Of a stretch of DNA of 64,000 nucleotides, positions 29,138 to 40,196 are shown piece after piece. The position numbers and the translations under genes were made by a program. The notes below the pieces were generated by a model that was given only the letters and a program-made list of their open reading frames with translations, was not told the origin of the DNA and searched no databases. The stretch is from positions 603,549-667,548 of the forward strand of contig OZ246416.1 of assembly GCA_965231095.1 (NCBI GenBank), given 5' to 3'. How positions within the stretch are numbered: position 1 is the first letter of the stretch; each line of letters opens with the position of its first letter. The stretch is from an uncultured Gammaproteobacteria bacterium. GTDB lineage: Bacteria > Patescibacteriota > Patescibacteriia > XYB2-FULL-38-15.

Positions 29138-29225
29138 ATTAATTTTCCCGCGAAGACGAGTCGGGAACGAAGTCCGAGCGGCTGAAAATTAATAACCCCG
29201 CATTCATTGCGGGGTTTTCTCTTTT

Positions 29226-30497
29226 TTAAAAAAGTGTTTCCTGTTTTATTTTTTCTTTTTCTTTATCATTAAATAATCTCACTGTTCCATAAACTCCGTC
29301 GTAGCCCGGCTCAATTTTTACTTTTCCTTCTCGATTTCGGCGGATAGCTTCCACAATTTCCGGCAAGGTAATTTTGGCTAATTCTTCATAAGATAAATCC
29401 AGAAGTACCCGAAATTCACTGCCGCCTTTACTGATTAAATTTTCATATTCACGCGTTACGGCTTTCGTGCGCCGGCCAAAAACTCCTAGCGCTTCGGCAA
29501 TCGCGTCGTCCAACCCCACCAAACTTTTATAATCAATGGCATTCTCCGGTCTTTCGCCTTCCGGCCGATCAGCTAATTCTTCCACTCGATTTAATACACC
29601 AACCGTCACTGGCCGCCCGCAAACCGGACAAATTCCTTTTCGTTTTTTTGTTTCTTGCGGCGTCATTTTAACTTTGCAGGCCCGGTGCCCGTCAACATGG
29701 TACATTCCTTCTTCCGGATAAAATTCCACGGTGTATAAAAATTTTTTTTTATCTTTTTTCCGGATGATCCGGCAAATTTCATCATAAAAATTTTTTACTT
29801 TATCACCGATTTCAAAAACGTCCGCTTCGCGTCCAATATTTTCCGGCGAATGCGCGTCCGAATGCGAGACTAAAGTTATCTTATCCAACTTTTTTAATCT
29901 CCAATTCATCGCCGGATCCGAAGAGAGCCCGGTTTCTATCGCGTAAATTTTTGGGGTCAATTCATCAAAACATTCTTCCATTGAATCAAATCCCGACTTG
30001 GATCCAAAAATAGCAAACCACGGCGTCCAAGCGTGCGCCGGAATTATCATACATCGCTCATCAATTTCAAAAATAATTTCCGCAAGTTTTTTTGCGTCCA
30101 ATCCCAAAATCGGCCGACCGTCAGAAGCCAATTTCCCGAGTGTCCCCAACTTCGCATTAATTTTTGCCGCGACTTCAAGCGTTGGCGCGAAAATAATAAT
30201 ATGCAGCCGCCGACATTTTCCACCCTTTGAATAAATACAACTTACTTCCGTGGAAATAAAAAAATAAACCGGCCGCACAGCCTGATTTTTATCTTCCACT
30301 AATTCATACAAACCATTCGGCGCCAATTTCAATTTGCTTTTTAATTCAGCAAACCATCTTGGGTGAGTAAAGTCCGCGCACGAAACAATGTCCACGCCTT
30401 TTTTCCGGCACCATTCCGCAATAATTTCCGGAATAAGCCGCGGCGAACAAGCGCGAGAATATTTTGAGTGAATATGCAAGTCGCTGATGTAACGCAT
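29226..30497 (-). CDS. PHP-domain protein with a C-terminal zinc ribbon, endonuclease Q-like (TIGR00375-type).
   Basis: 423 aa. The N-terminus MRYISDLHIHSKYSRACSP is a PHP metal-binding start. The C-terminus CPVCGRPVTVGVLNRVEEL is Zn-finger-like. Size and architecture match EndoQ as I recall it. Confidence 0.45.
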   Translation of the reverse strand: MRYISDLHIHSKYSRACSPRLIPEIIAEWCRKKGVDIVSCADFTHPRWFAELKSKLKLAPNGLYELVEDKNQAVRPVYFFISTEVSCIYSKGGKCRRLHIIIFAPTLEVAAKINAKLGTLGKLASDGRPILGLDAKKLAEIIFEIDERCMIIPAHAWTPWFAIFGSKSGFDSMEECFDELTPKIYAIETGLSSDPAMNWRLKKLDKITLVSHSDAHSPENIGREADVFEIGDKVKNFYDEICRIIRKKDKKKFLYTVEFYPEEGMYHVDGHRACKVKMTPQETKKRKGICPVCGRPVTVGVLNRVEELADRPEGERPENAIDYKSLVGLDDAIAEALGVFGRRTKAVTREYENLISKGGSEFRVLLDLSYEELAKITLPEIVEAIRRNREGKVKIEPGYDGVYGTVRLFNDKEKEKIKQETLF

Positions 30498-30501
30498 ATT
30501 T

Positions 30502-31245
30502 TTATTTTTCTATTAACGATTGCGCTAAGCCCAGTTGCTCCGGTGTGTTGACCCCCACGGCTTCGGTCGGATCATCGGTTACCAAAGTTTCAACTTTAAA
30601 ATTTTCTGAAATGGCCATCTTTACAAGATCGGTAATATAAAATTCTCCTTGAGCATTATCGCAATTTATTTTTGCTAAATTTTCCCAAAGCCAATCCGCC
30701 CTAAAACAAAAAAATGACGGATTAACTTCCGCTGTTTCCAGCTGTTCGGGCGTCGCGTCTTTTTTTTCCACAATGGCAGCCACCTCCCCCGACGAATTTC
30801 TAACTATCCTGCCAAAATCATAAAAAGTATTCCGCCACTCTCCAAAGTCCGGAAGGCGAAGCGTCACCATTGTAAGCGCCGCCTGATTTTTTTCGTGCGC
30901 CGCGGCGAGTTTTACCAAAGTTTCCGGACGTAAAAATGGGACGTCCCCATTTATCACAATAATATTATCTACTCCGACCAAATAACTCTCCGCCGAAGAA
31001 ACCGCGTGAGCCGTTCCCAGCTGCTCTGCTTGCAAAACATAACTGCAACTTGTCCCTAAATATTTTTTAATAATTTCCGTTCCATATCCAACCACAACCA
31101 CCGGCCGCCCCGTCACGCCCGATTTCAAAACCGAATCCACGACTCGCTCAATCATGGTTTTGCCTCCGACTTCACGTAAAACTTTTGGCAGGCCCACTCC
31201 CATTCTTTTTCCCTTGCCCGCCGCTAAAATAACAACTTGAGTCAT
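30502..31245 (-). CDS. Sugar-phosphate nucleotidyltransferase (GlmU N-terminal-domain-like).
   Basis: 247 aa. MTQVVILAAGKGKRMGVGLPKVL... nucleotidyltransferase fold. No acetyltransferase hexapeptide domain. Confidence 0.7.
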   Translation of the reverse strand: MTQVVILAAGKGKRMGVGLPKVLREVGGKTMIERVVDSVLKSGVTGRPVVVVGYGTEIIKKYLGTSCSYVLQAEQLGTAHAVSSAESYLVGVDNIIVINGDVPFLRPETLVKLAAAHEKNQAALTMVTLRLPDFGEWRNTFYDFGRIVRNSSGEVAAIVEKKDATPEQLETAEVNPSFFCFRADWLWENLAKINCDNAQGEFYITDLVKMAISENFKVETLVTDDPTEAVGVNTPEQLGLAQSLIEK

Positions 31246-31387
31246 ATATTTTTAAAAAATATTTTAAGGCTCCCTCGGCGCTTGTTTTACTCACTTACAT
31301 GTAAGATTACCTGATTCACAAAATATTTTCAAGACTAAAAAACCGCCCGAAGCAATCTCGGACGATTTTTTTGTTTTTAACTTGAAA

Positions 31388-31497
<110 letters not shown>

Positions 31498-31548
31498 TCA
31501 AGCTAAAAACGCTTGAAATTTATTTTTGTATGTTTGCACAATTCTTGT

Positions 31549-34555
<3,007 letters not shown>

Positions 34556-34916
34556 ACAAGAATTGTTAAAACATACATTTTACAATTCTCATTTACTTTT
34601 TTGGTTCTCTTTCTTATGTTGGGTATTAAGATGCTCTTTTATTCAATTGTCAACGAACAATTTTTTTCTGTTTCTCGCCTCTCGTTTTATTTAGAGACCA
34701 GAGGCGGGAGCAAAAAATAATTTTAAATTTTTGGAAAAAGGACTAAAAAACCGCTCTTTCCGAGCGGCTTGGTACGACCAAAAAATAGGTTAGCCACTCG
34801 GGAACTTATAAGTTAAAACTTGTTTTACCATATTTTGCCCAATATCAGAGAAAAATTGTCAGGTGTAACTCTGGATAAAATGTGGACAACTTCCTCCGTT
34901 TTCTTAGTACATTAGT

Positions 34917-34945
34917 ATTTTAATACTACTCAAAAAAGATGTCAA
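34917..34945 (-). promoter_or_regulatory. Sigma70-like promoter upstream of the 23S-5S operon.
   Basis: Minus strand: TTGACA (34940-34945), a 17-nt spacer, then TAAAAT (34917-34922). It lies about 350 nt upstream of the 23S 5' end. Confidence 0.4.
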
Positions 34946-35058
34946 GGGGAATTTTTTATTTTCTCTCCCTTGCGGTCTTTCGCGTTTTTGCGTAATAAAA
35001 AAGTGGGTTGCCCGAAAGCTTCCCACTTGTCCCTCCATATTTTTCTAACGGCTCGCCG

Positions 35059-35271
35059 TCAGCTCCGCAGACTCTTGAACCAGCGGGCGATTCGCCCCAA
35101 GACGACCACGGCCACGAGAGCGACCATGACTGTGAGGCCGAACCGGAGTGCGATCCAGTCCTCTGTCCCGCAGATGAGCGCGAAGACAATCGCGGCCGCT
35201 CCTCCGAGCAACGCGACGGTCAGCTCCTTGCCGAGCACCGACCGTTCCTCCCAAAACTCTTTGATCCCCAT
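35059..35271 (-). CDS. Small two-TM membrane protein (70 aa), GC-rich islet.
   Basis: MGIKEFWEERSVLGKELTVALLGGAAAIVFALICGTEDWIALRFGLTVMVALVAVVVLGRIARWFKSLRS. High GC. It is last in the minus-strand islet operon. Confidence 0.45.
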   Translation of the reverse strand: MGIKEFWEERSVLGKELTVALLGGAAAIVFALICGTEDWIALRFGLTVMVALVAVVVLGRIARWFKSLRS

Positions 35272-35287
35272 CCAATCCTCCTCCCTC

Positions 35288-35497
35288 TCAACGCAGGTTG
35301 CGCAACTCCTCGCCGCGCTTCCTCTTCTCGAGCCAGGCCAAAAAGATCGTCAACGCGAGAAGAACGAAGAACCCGATGACGAACGGAACGACGCCTGGCT
35401 GTTTGAGCTTCAACCGGTACAGCCCGATCGCGAGCGAAACGTCCGAGAGAACCGCGGAGATCGTCGCGGCGATAACGAGTCCCCAATTGGGGTTCAT
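35288..35497 (-). CDS. Small two-TM membrane protein (69 aa), GC-rich islet.
   Basis: Internal Met of track ORF 35288..35707: MNPNWGLVIAATISAVLSDVSLAIGLYRLKLKQPGVVPFVIGFFVLLALTIFLAWLEKRKRGEELRNLR. Its start overlaps the upstream stop as ATGA, indicating translational coupling. Confidence 0.45.
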   Translation of the reverse strand: MNPNWGLVIAATISAVLSDVSLAIGLYRLKLKQPGVVPFVIGFFVLLALTIFLAWLEKRKRGEELRNLR

Positions 35498-35799
35498 GTG
35501 CACGTCCTTTCCTCGCCGGCCTGCCGCCGCTTGCCATACCACACCTTGAGATCCGCGCCGTGTTCCCAGTGCTTGGCCAAAGCAACGACCGCCTGGCAGA
35601 GCTGGATGTCCGTGAGGCGAAGGTTGGTCTCGTCCTTCGTCTCCAGGGCGATGTCTCCCATCGCCTCGAATCCGCTCGCGAGCCGCGCTTCCATCCGCAA
35701 AGCCCAACGCTCGGCGAAACGGAGAATCCGCCCCCCGTAACTATCCTCGGGGTTTGCCTCGAGTACCCGCTCCCACTCTCCCTGATTTTTGACTTTCAT
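35494..35799 (-). CDS. Hypothetical 101-aa protein, GC-rich islet.
   Basis: MKVKNQGEWERVLEANPEDSYGGRILRFAERWALRMEARLASGFEAMGDIALE... No recognisable domain. It is coupled to the downstream small membrane proteins. Confidence 0.45.
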   Translation of the reverse strand: MKVKNQGEWERVLEANPEDSYGGRILRFAERWALRMEARLASGFEAMGDIALETKDETNLRLTDIQLCQAVVALAKHWEHGADLKVWYGKRRQAGEERTCT

Positions 35800-35820
35800 T
35801 TTTCTCCTCCCTCCGCCGCG

Positions 35821-36189
35821 CTAACCGCCGGCGAGCAGACGCCTGACTTCCTCCGGCAATTTTTCCTTGCCGTTGATTTCAAAAGTACAACCGGCCTCCA
35901 CCATCATGTGCCGGAATTTCCCGTCGCTCGACATAGCAATCACCGTACCGCCGAAGGTCAAACGAAGCTCGTCAATGAGCGGCAATGTGTCGGGCTTGTT
36001 GCCCGGGACACGACGCAAGCAACCATCCAGAGCAACAATCCGAACGTCGGGATGTTCCGAGAAGAGCCGCCTTGCTTCTTCGACCGTACGAGCCTGCAGA
36101 AGCGTAGCCCAACCCGCAAACTCGCGGACAAAGTACGACTGCCACGCCGAATGATCCTCTACCACGAGTACTTTTGGAAGCCCACTCAT
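35821..36189 (-). CDS. Receiver (REC/CheY)-like domain protein, atypical (ED instead of DD acidic pair).
   Basis: MSGLPKVLVVEDHSAWQ...ARTVEEARRLFSEHPDVRIVALDGCL...TVIAMSSDGK... has a receiver-like alpha/beta pattern. A strong SD (GGGGAGGAAGAAGGAGGG) precedes the ATG, and a promoter-like TTGACA/TATAAT region lies at 36243-36258. GC-rich. Confidence 0.45.
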   Translation of the reverse strand: MSGLPKVLVVEDHSAWQSYFVREFAGWATLLQARTVEEARRLFSEHPDVRIVALDGCLRRVPGNKPDTLPLIDELRLTFGGTVIAMSSDGKFRHMMVEAGCTFEINGKEKLPEEVRRLLAGG

Positions 36190-36290
36190 CCTAACCCTCC
36201 TTCTTCCTCCCCATTACAACCTGACATATTAAATTATATCAAAATTATATTTTTGTCAACCCCGTCAGCCGAAATATTTTGTATCAAAAA

Positions 36291-36319
36291 ATGCCCGGGG
36301 TGGGACTCGAAGCGCCCTG
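36291..36319 (-). repeat. tRNA-like 3' fragment (T-loop/acceptor-like ...CTTCGAGTCCCACCCCGGGCA).
   Basis: Its acceptor 3' strand CCCGGGC is exactly complementary to the 5' fragment at 36533-36553. No intact cloverleaf. Confidence 0.3.
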
Positions 36320-36401
36320 GCGCCATCCCTAGCCGTGCATTTTACGGTGTACGGGCAAAGCCCGCGATCTCTTGCAAGAACCCTCACTTCTTATTTTCTA
36401 A

Positions 36402-36485
36402 ATGGGCAGGGAGGGAGTTGAACCCTCAAGCTCTTTCGAGCACAAGCTCCTAAGGCTTGCGTGTCTGCCAGTTTCACCACCTGCC
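36402..36485 (-). tRNA. tRNA-Leu (anticodon UAG).
   Basis: Minus strand: GGGCAGG-TG-GTGAAACTGGCAGACAC-GCAAGC-CTTAGGA-GCTTG-T-GCTCGAAAGAGC-TTGAGGGTTCAACTCCCTC-CCTGCCC-A. Long variable arm; anticodon loop cuUAGga. Confidence 0.8.
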
Positions 36486-36532
36486 CAAAATGAGTAGAGT
36501 CGGGGCGCGCTTGCCCCGTCGGATGACGGGGT

Positions 36533-36553
36533 ATACCAGTTCCGCCACCCGGG
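36533..36553 (-). repeat. tRNA-Leu-like 5' fragment (GCCCGGGTGGCGGAACTGGTA).
   Basis: 21 nt matching the acceptor/D-arm of a class II Leu tRNA. Hairpins follow instead of the remaining tRNA. Confidence 0.35.
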
Positions 36554-36639
36554 CATAAATTTTATTTCGGCAAAAAATTTGCTAAAATTAAACTGTAGTA
36601 TAATCTTAATTTATTTTTAACCAAAAATCAAGGAGGGCT

Positions 36640-39600
36640 ATGCGAGGGAAAATTTTGCGTTCTTTTTTAATTATCCTAATCGTTGCAGGGGGATTTTTTA
36701 TTTTTGGAAAAAATTCTTTGGCGGCAAGCGGCGATATTGTTATCAACGAAATAATGTGGATGGGGTCAACCGCATCAACTGCCGACGAATGGATTGAACT
36801 AAAAAATACGACTGATGCCGACATAGATTTGTCCGGCTGGACAATTGAAGGTGCTGCCACAAGTGGAGGCGCGATTACAATTGCTGCTTCTTATACAATA
36901 ATACCAGCTCACGGTTATTTTCTAATCTCCAACTATTTAGAAACTGACTCAAGTTCTAAATTAAATATTGCGCCGAATTTGGTAACCACAAGCGTCTCGC
37001 TTCCCAACACTCAGCTTTTATTAATTTTAAAAGATTCAACCAACGCGGAAATTGATCGGGCTGACGATGGGAGCGGCGTTCCACTAGCGGGCGATAACAC
37101 AAATAAATATTCTATGGAAAGAAACGATGTGCCCGGCGATGGTTCGCTCGCAATTAACTGGCACACCGCCACCTCTTCAAGTGGTTTTGATGCGGGTGCA
37201 ACAGAAAAAGGAACACCGTCCTCAGCTACTCCGCCACCTTCCGGACCAATTTGCGGAAATCTTGTTTGTGAAGCTGGAGAAGATTATTTAAGTTGCCCGG
37301 CTGACTGTGCCGCTCCGCCGCCGCCGACAGAAATAAATCCCGGCGACGTTGTGATTAACGAATTTGTTTCCGACCCGGCCGAAGGCGAAGAATGGATTGA
37401 AATTTTTAACAACAAAGATTCTGATATTGATTTAACTGGCTGGAAAGTGGAAGATGGGGTTGGAACAATCGTGACGCTCGGCACCACCATAACGGCCGAC
37501 GGATTTCAAACCATTGATTTTACTTCAAGCAAACTGAATAATTCCGGCGACATTATTATTTTAAAAAAATCCGACGGGACAATTATTGACCAAGTCGCTT
37601 ACGGAAATTGGAATGATGGAGATGTTGCCGACAACGCACCAAAGGCCAGCGACCCAAATTCCGTGGCAAGAAAAATTGACGGCGGAGATACTAATAATGA
37701 TCTTGCTGATTTTTCCGTGACCACAACTTTAACAAAAAATTCCGCGAATACCATCACGACTCCGCCATCCGAAGAAACCGGCGGGGTGAGTACTCCAGAG
37801 GAAACCACTCCTTCGTCTCCCCCTTCCTGGCCGGTCGGGGCACTTTTGATAAATGAACTTGTCGCCGATCCAACTGATGGCGAAGTGGAATGGATTGAAT
37901 TTTATAATCCCGGAAGCGCGACCATAAATTTAAATAATTGGAAAGTCGAAGACGGCGGAGAAACCGCGACCACTCTTTCCGGCTCAATCGGCCCGCTTGG
38001 ATTTTTTGTTTTGGAAAGGCCCAAGGGCCTCTTAAATAATTCTGGAGACACGATTGTTCTAAAAGACCCTGCCGGCATTATCATTGACCAAATCGCTTAT
38101 GGAAATTGGGACGACGGCGACGCGGGAGACAACGCTCCGGCCGCTCCCGATCCAAATTCCACGGCCAGAAAAACCGACGGACAAAATTCCACTAATGATT
38201 TTAATGATTTTTCTGTCACAACTCCGACCCGAGGATCTTCAAACGCCGGAGGGCTGCAACAAAATCCGAACGGCGCTTATTCGCACGATATTATTATCAA
38301 CGAAGTTTTGCCGAACCCCAAAGGCGACGACACCCAGGGAGAATTTATTGAATTAAAAAATGTTGGCGCGACAGACATTGATTTGACCGGCTGGAAAATC
38401 GGCGACGCGAGTTCTAAAAGATATACTATCAAAGCCAGCGACTTCACTTCCATAATTTTAAAACCAAAAGAATTTTTTGTTCTCTACCGAAAGACAACTG
38501 GCATTGCCTTAAATAATTCCGGCGCGGAATCGGCAAAAATATTTTCTCCCGACGGCGCGCTTGTCGGAACGCTTGAATACTCCGGCGCGGCGGCGGAAGA
38601 CGAATCTTTTGCCCGTGAAACGGAAAATTATTTTTGGACTTCAACTCCAACTCCAGGAAAAGAAAACATCATCACTCGTAAAAATCAAACTCCGGCCGCG
38701 GCCATCTCCGCTCCCGAGGGCGCGGAAATCGGCGAGGCAATAAATTTTGACGGATCTGATTCCACCGATCCGGACGGCGATGAATTAATTTTTTCTTGGA
38801 ATTTTGGCGACGGAGGCGAGGCCGCGGGTGCGAATGCAAACTACATTTATTCCACGCCAGGAAAATACAAAATAATTTTAACTGTTAAAGACGCGGCGGG
38901 TGCCGTGGACACGGCCGAACAATTTATCATCGTCACGAATCACGACGGCGCGGCCGACATTCTTCCGCCCGACGAACAATTAATTTTTATCAATGAAGTT
39001 CTGCCAAATCCTAAAGGTTCTGACGATGCCGAGTGGCTTGAAATTAAAAATATTGACATTGAACCAATTGATCTTTCCGGCTGGAAACTTGACGACGACG
39101 AGGGCGGTAGCCGGCCATACAAAATTCCCGAAGGGACAATAATTTCACCCGGGCAATTTTTAATTTTTAAAAAATCCGAGACAAAATTGGCGTTCAATAA
39201 CACCTACGACGCGGCGCGGCTCTTGGACCCGGACGGCGAAATATTTTTTGAAACAAGTTACGACGAAGTTCCTGAGGGTGCGTCATGGGCGCGGGGCGAT
39301 GACGGAAATTTTAAGTGGACAACACGGCTGACACCGGCCGCGGAAAATATTTTTCAATTTCAAGAAAAAGCCGCGAAAAAATCCAGCTCAACCTCTGCCA
39401 AAAAATCTACAACTTTTACAGAAACAACTCTTGAAGATATCAGAAATCTTGATTTGAATGACGGCGCGCGAGTCACGGGCCAAGTGATTGTCGAACCGGG
39501 AATTTTGGGCAGCCAAATTTTCTATATTGCCACCCCCACTGGCTGTCCCGGAATACAGATATATATGTATAGCAAAAATTTTCCGGAATTAAAACTCGGC

Positions 39601-40146
39601 GACCTTGTGGAAATCACCGGAATTTTATCGGAATCGGGCGGTGAGAAGCGTGTTAAAGTTTCCGAGCAATCTGATATCAAGGTTTTGGAAAACCAAGCAC
39701 CAGCCTCACGAATTCCAATTAAGCTTTCTGAAGTTGAGGAGGGGTTGGAAGGATGTTTGATCTCGGCCACCGGCGAACTTACAGAAAAAAGCGGCAGCAA
39801 TTTATATTTTGCCGATGACGATGGAGAATTAAAAATTTATTTCAAATCAACTTTGAGTTTTCCCAAACCAAAAATTGATATTGGCGACGAAATCGAAACT
39901 GTAGGAATTGTGAGCCAAACCAAAACCGGCTTCCGGCTTTTACCGCGCTACGAAACGGATTTAATAATCAAGGCGCCGTCCGGGGAAATTAATTTATCAA
40001 TTGCTAACGCTTCAACAAAAGACGGAAAAAACGACATCAATTTATATCTCGGCGCGGCCACGGGTCTGCTTGGCCTAACTTTAGTCGGTCTCGGAATCAA
40101 ATCCGGAACTTTGGGAAACTGGTGGAAAAAGATAAAAGGAATATAA
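36640..40146 (+). CDS. Giant cell-surface protein. Signal peptide, five lamin-tail-domain (LTD) repeats, a PKD domain, a Thr/Ser-rich linker and a C-terminal TM anchor.
   Basis: 1168 aa. There are five LTD-type repeats: IVINEIMWMGS...DEWIELKNTTDADIDLSGW; VVINEFVSDPAEGEEWIEIFNNKDSDIDLTGW; LLINELVADPTDGEVEWIEFYNPGSATINLNNW; IIINEVLPNPKGDDTQGEFIELKNVGATDIDLTGW; IFINEVLPNPKGSDDAEWLEIKNIDIEPIDLSGW. The PKD-like segment is DGSDSTDPDGDELIFSWNFGDGGEA...GKYKIILTVKDAAG. The C-terminus is LYLGAATGLLGLTLVGLGIK. A strong SD (AAGGAGGG) lies upstream. Confidence 0.75.
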   Translation: MRGKILRSFLIILIVAGGFFIFGKNSLAASGDIVINEIMWMGSTASTADEWIELKNTTDADIDLSGWTIEGAATSGGAITIAASYTIIPAHGYFLISNYLETDSSSKLNIAPNLVTTSVSLPNTQLLLILKDSTNAEIDRADDGSGVPLAGDNTNKYSMERNDVPGDGSLAINWHTATSSSGFDAGATEKGTPSSATPPPSGPICGNLVCEAGEDYLSCPADCAAPPPPTEINPGDVVINEFVSDPAEGEEWIEIFNNKDSDIDLTGWKVEDGVGTIVTLGTTITADGFQTIDFTSSKLNNSGDIIILKKSDGTIIDQVAYGNWNDGDVADNAPKASDPNSVARKIDGGDTNNDLADFSVTTTLTKNSANTITTPPSEETGGVSTPEETTPSSPPSWPVGALLINELVADPTDGEVEWIEFYNPGSATINLNNWKVEDGGETATTLSGSIGPLGFFVLERPKGLLNNSGDTIVLKDPAGIIIDQIAYGNWDDGDAGDNAPAAPDPNSTARKTDGQNSTNDFNDFSVTTPTRGSSNAGGLQQNPNGAYSHDIIINEVLPNPKGDDTQGEFIELKNVGATDIDLTGWKIGDASSKRYTIKASDFTSIILKPKEFFVLYRKTTGIALNNSGAESAKIFSPDGALVGTLEYSGAAAEDESFARETENYFWTSTPTPGKENIITRKNQTPAAAISAPEGAEIGEAINFDGSDSTDPDGDELIFSWNFGDGGEAAGANANYIYSTPGKYKIILTVKDAAGAVDTAEQFIIVTNHDGAADILPPDEQLIFINEVLPNPKGSDDAEWLEIKNIDIEPIDLSGWKLDDDEGGSRPYKIPEGTIISPGQFLIFKKSETKLAFNNTYDAARLLDPDGEIFFETSYDEVPEGASWARGDDGNFKWTTRLTPAAENIFQFQEKAAKKSSSTSAKKSTTFTETTLEDIRNLDLNDGARVTGQVIVEPGILGSQIFYIATPTGCPGIQIYMYSKNFPELKLGDLVEITGILSESGGEKRVKVSEQSDIKVLENQAPASRIPIKLSEVEEGLEGCLISATGELTEKSGSNLYFADDDGELKIYFKSTLSFPKPKIDIGDEIETVGIVSQTKTGFRLLPRYETDLIIKAPSGEINLSIANASTKDGKNDINLYLGAATGLLGLTLVGLGIKSGTLGNWWKKIKGI

Positions 40147-40150
40147 AAAA

Positions 40151-40178
40151 AGAGGGCCTTGATCTTTGGCCCTCATTA
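40151..40178. terminator. Hairpin serving as terminator, clearly for the minus-strand Cys-rich gene and possibly bidirectional.
   Basis: AGAGGGCC-ttgatctttg-GGCCCTCT, with an A-run on the plus side and a T-run on the minus side. Confidence 0.5.
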
Positions 40179-40196
40179 CTACTGGCTATGTCAGAA

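Noticed and set aside
34970-36453. Long overlapping ORFs in all frames (34970..35740 +, 35008..35379 +, 35220..35585 -, 35560..36453 +).
   Set aside because: High-GC DNA generates long spurious ORFs. Only the co-linear minus-strand set with SDs and ATGA coupling (35821..36189, 35494..35799, 35288..35497, 35059..35271) is coherent. 35560..36453 additionally runs across the tRNA-Leu locus.
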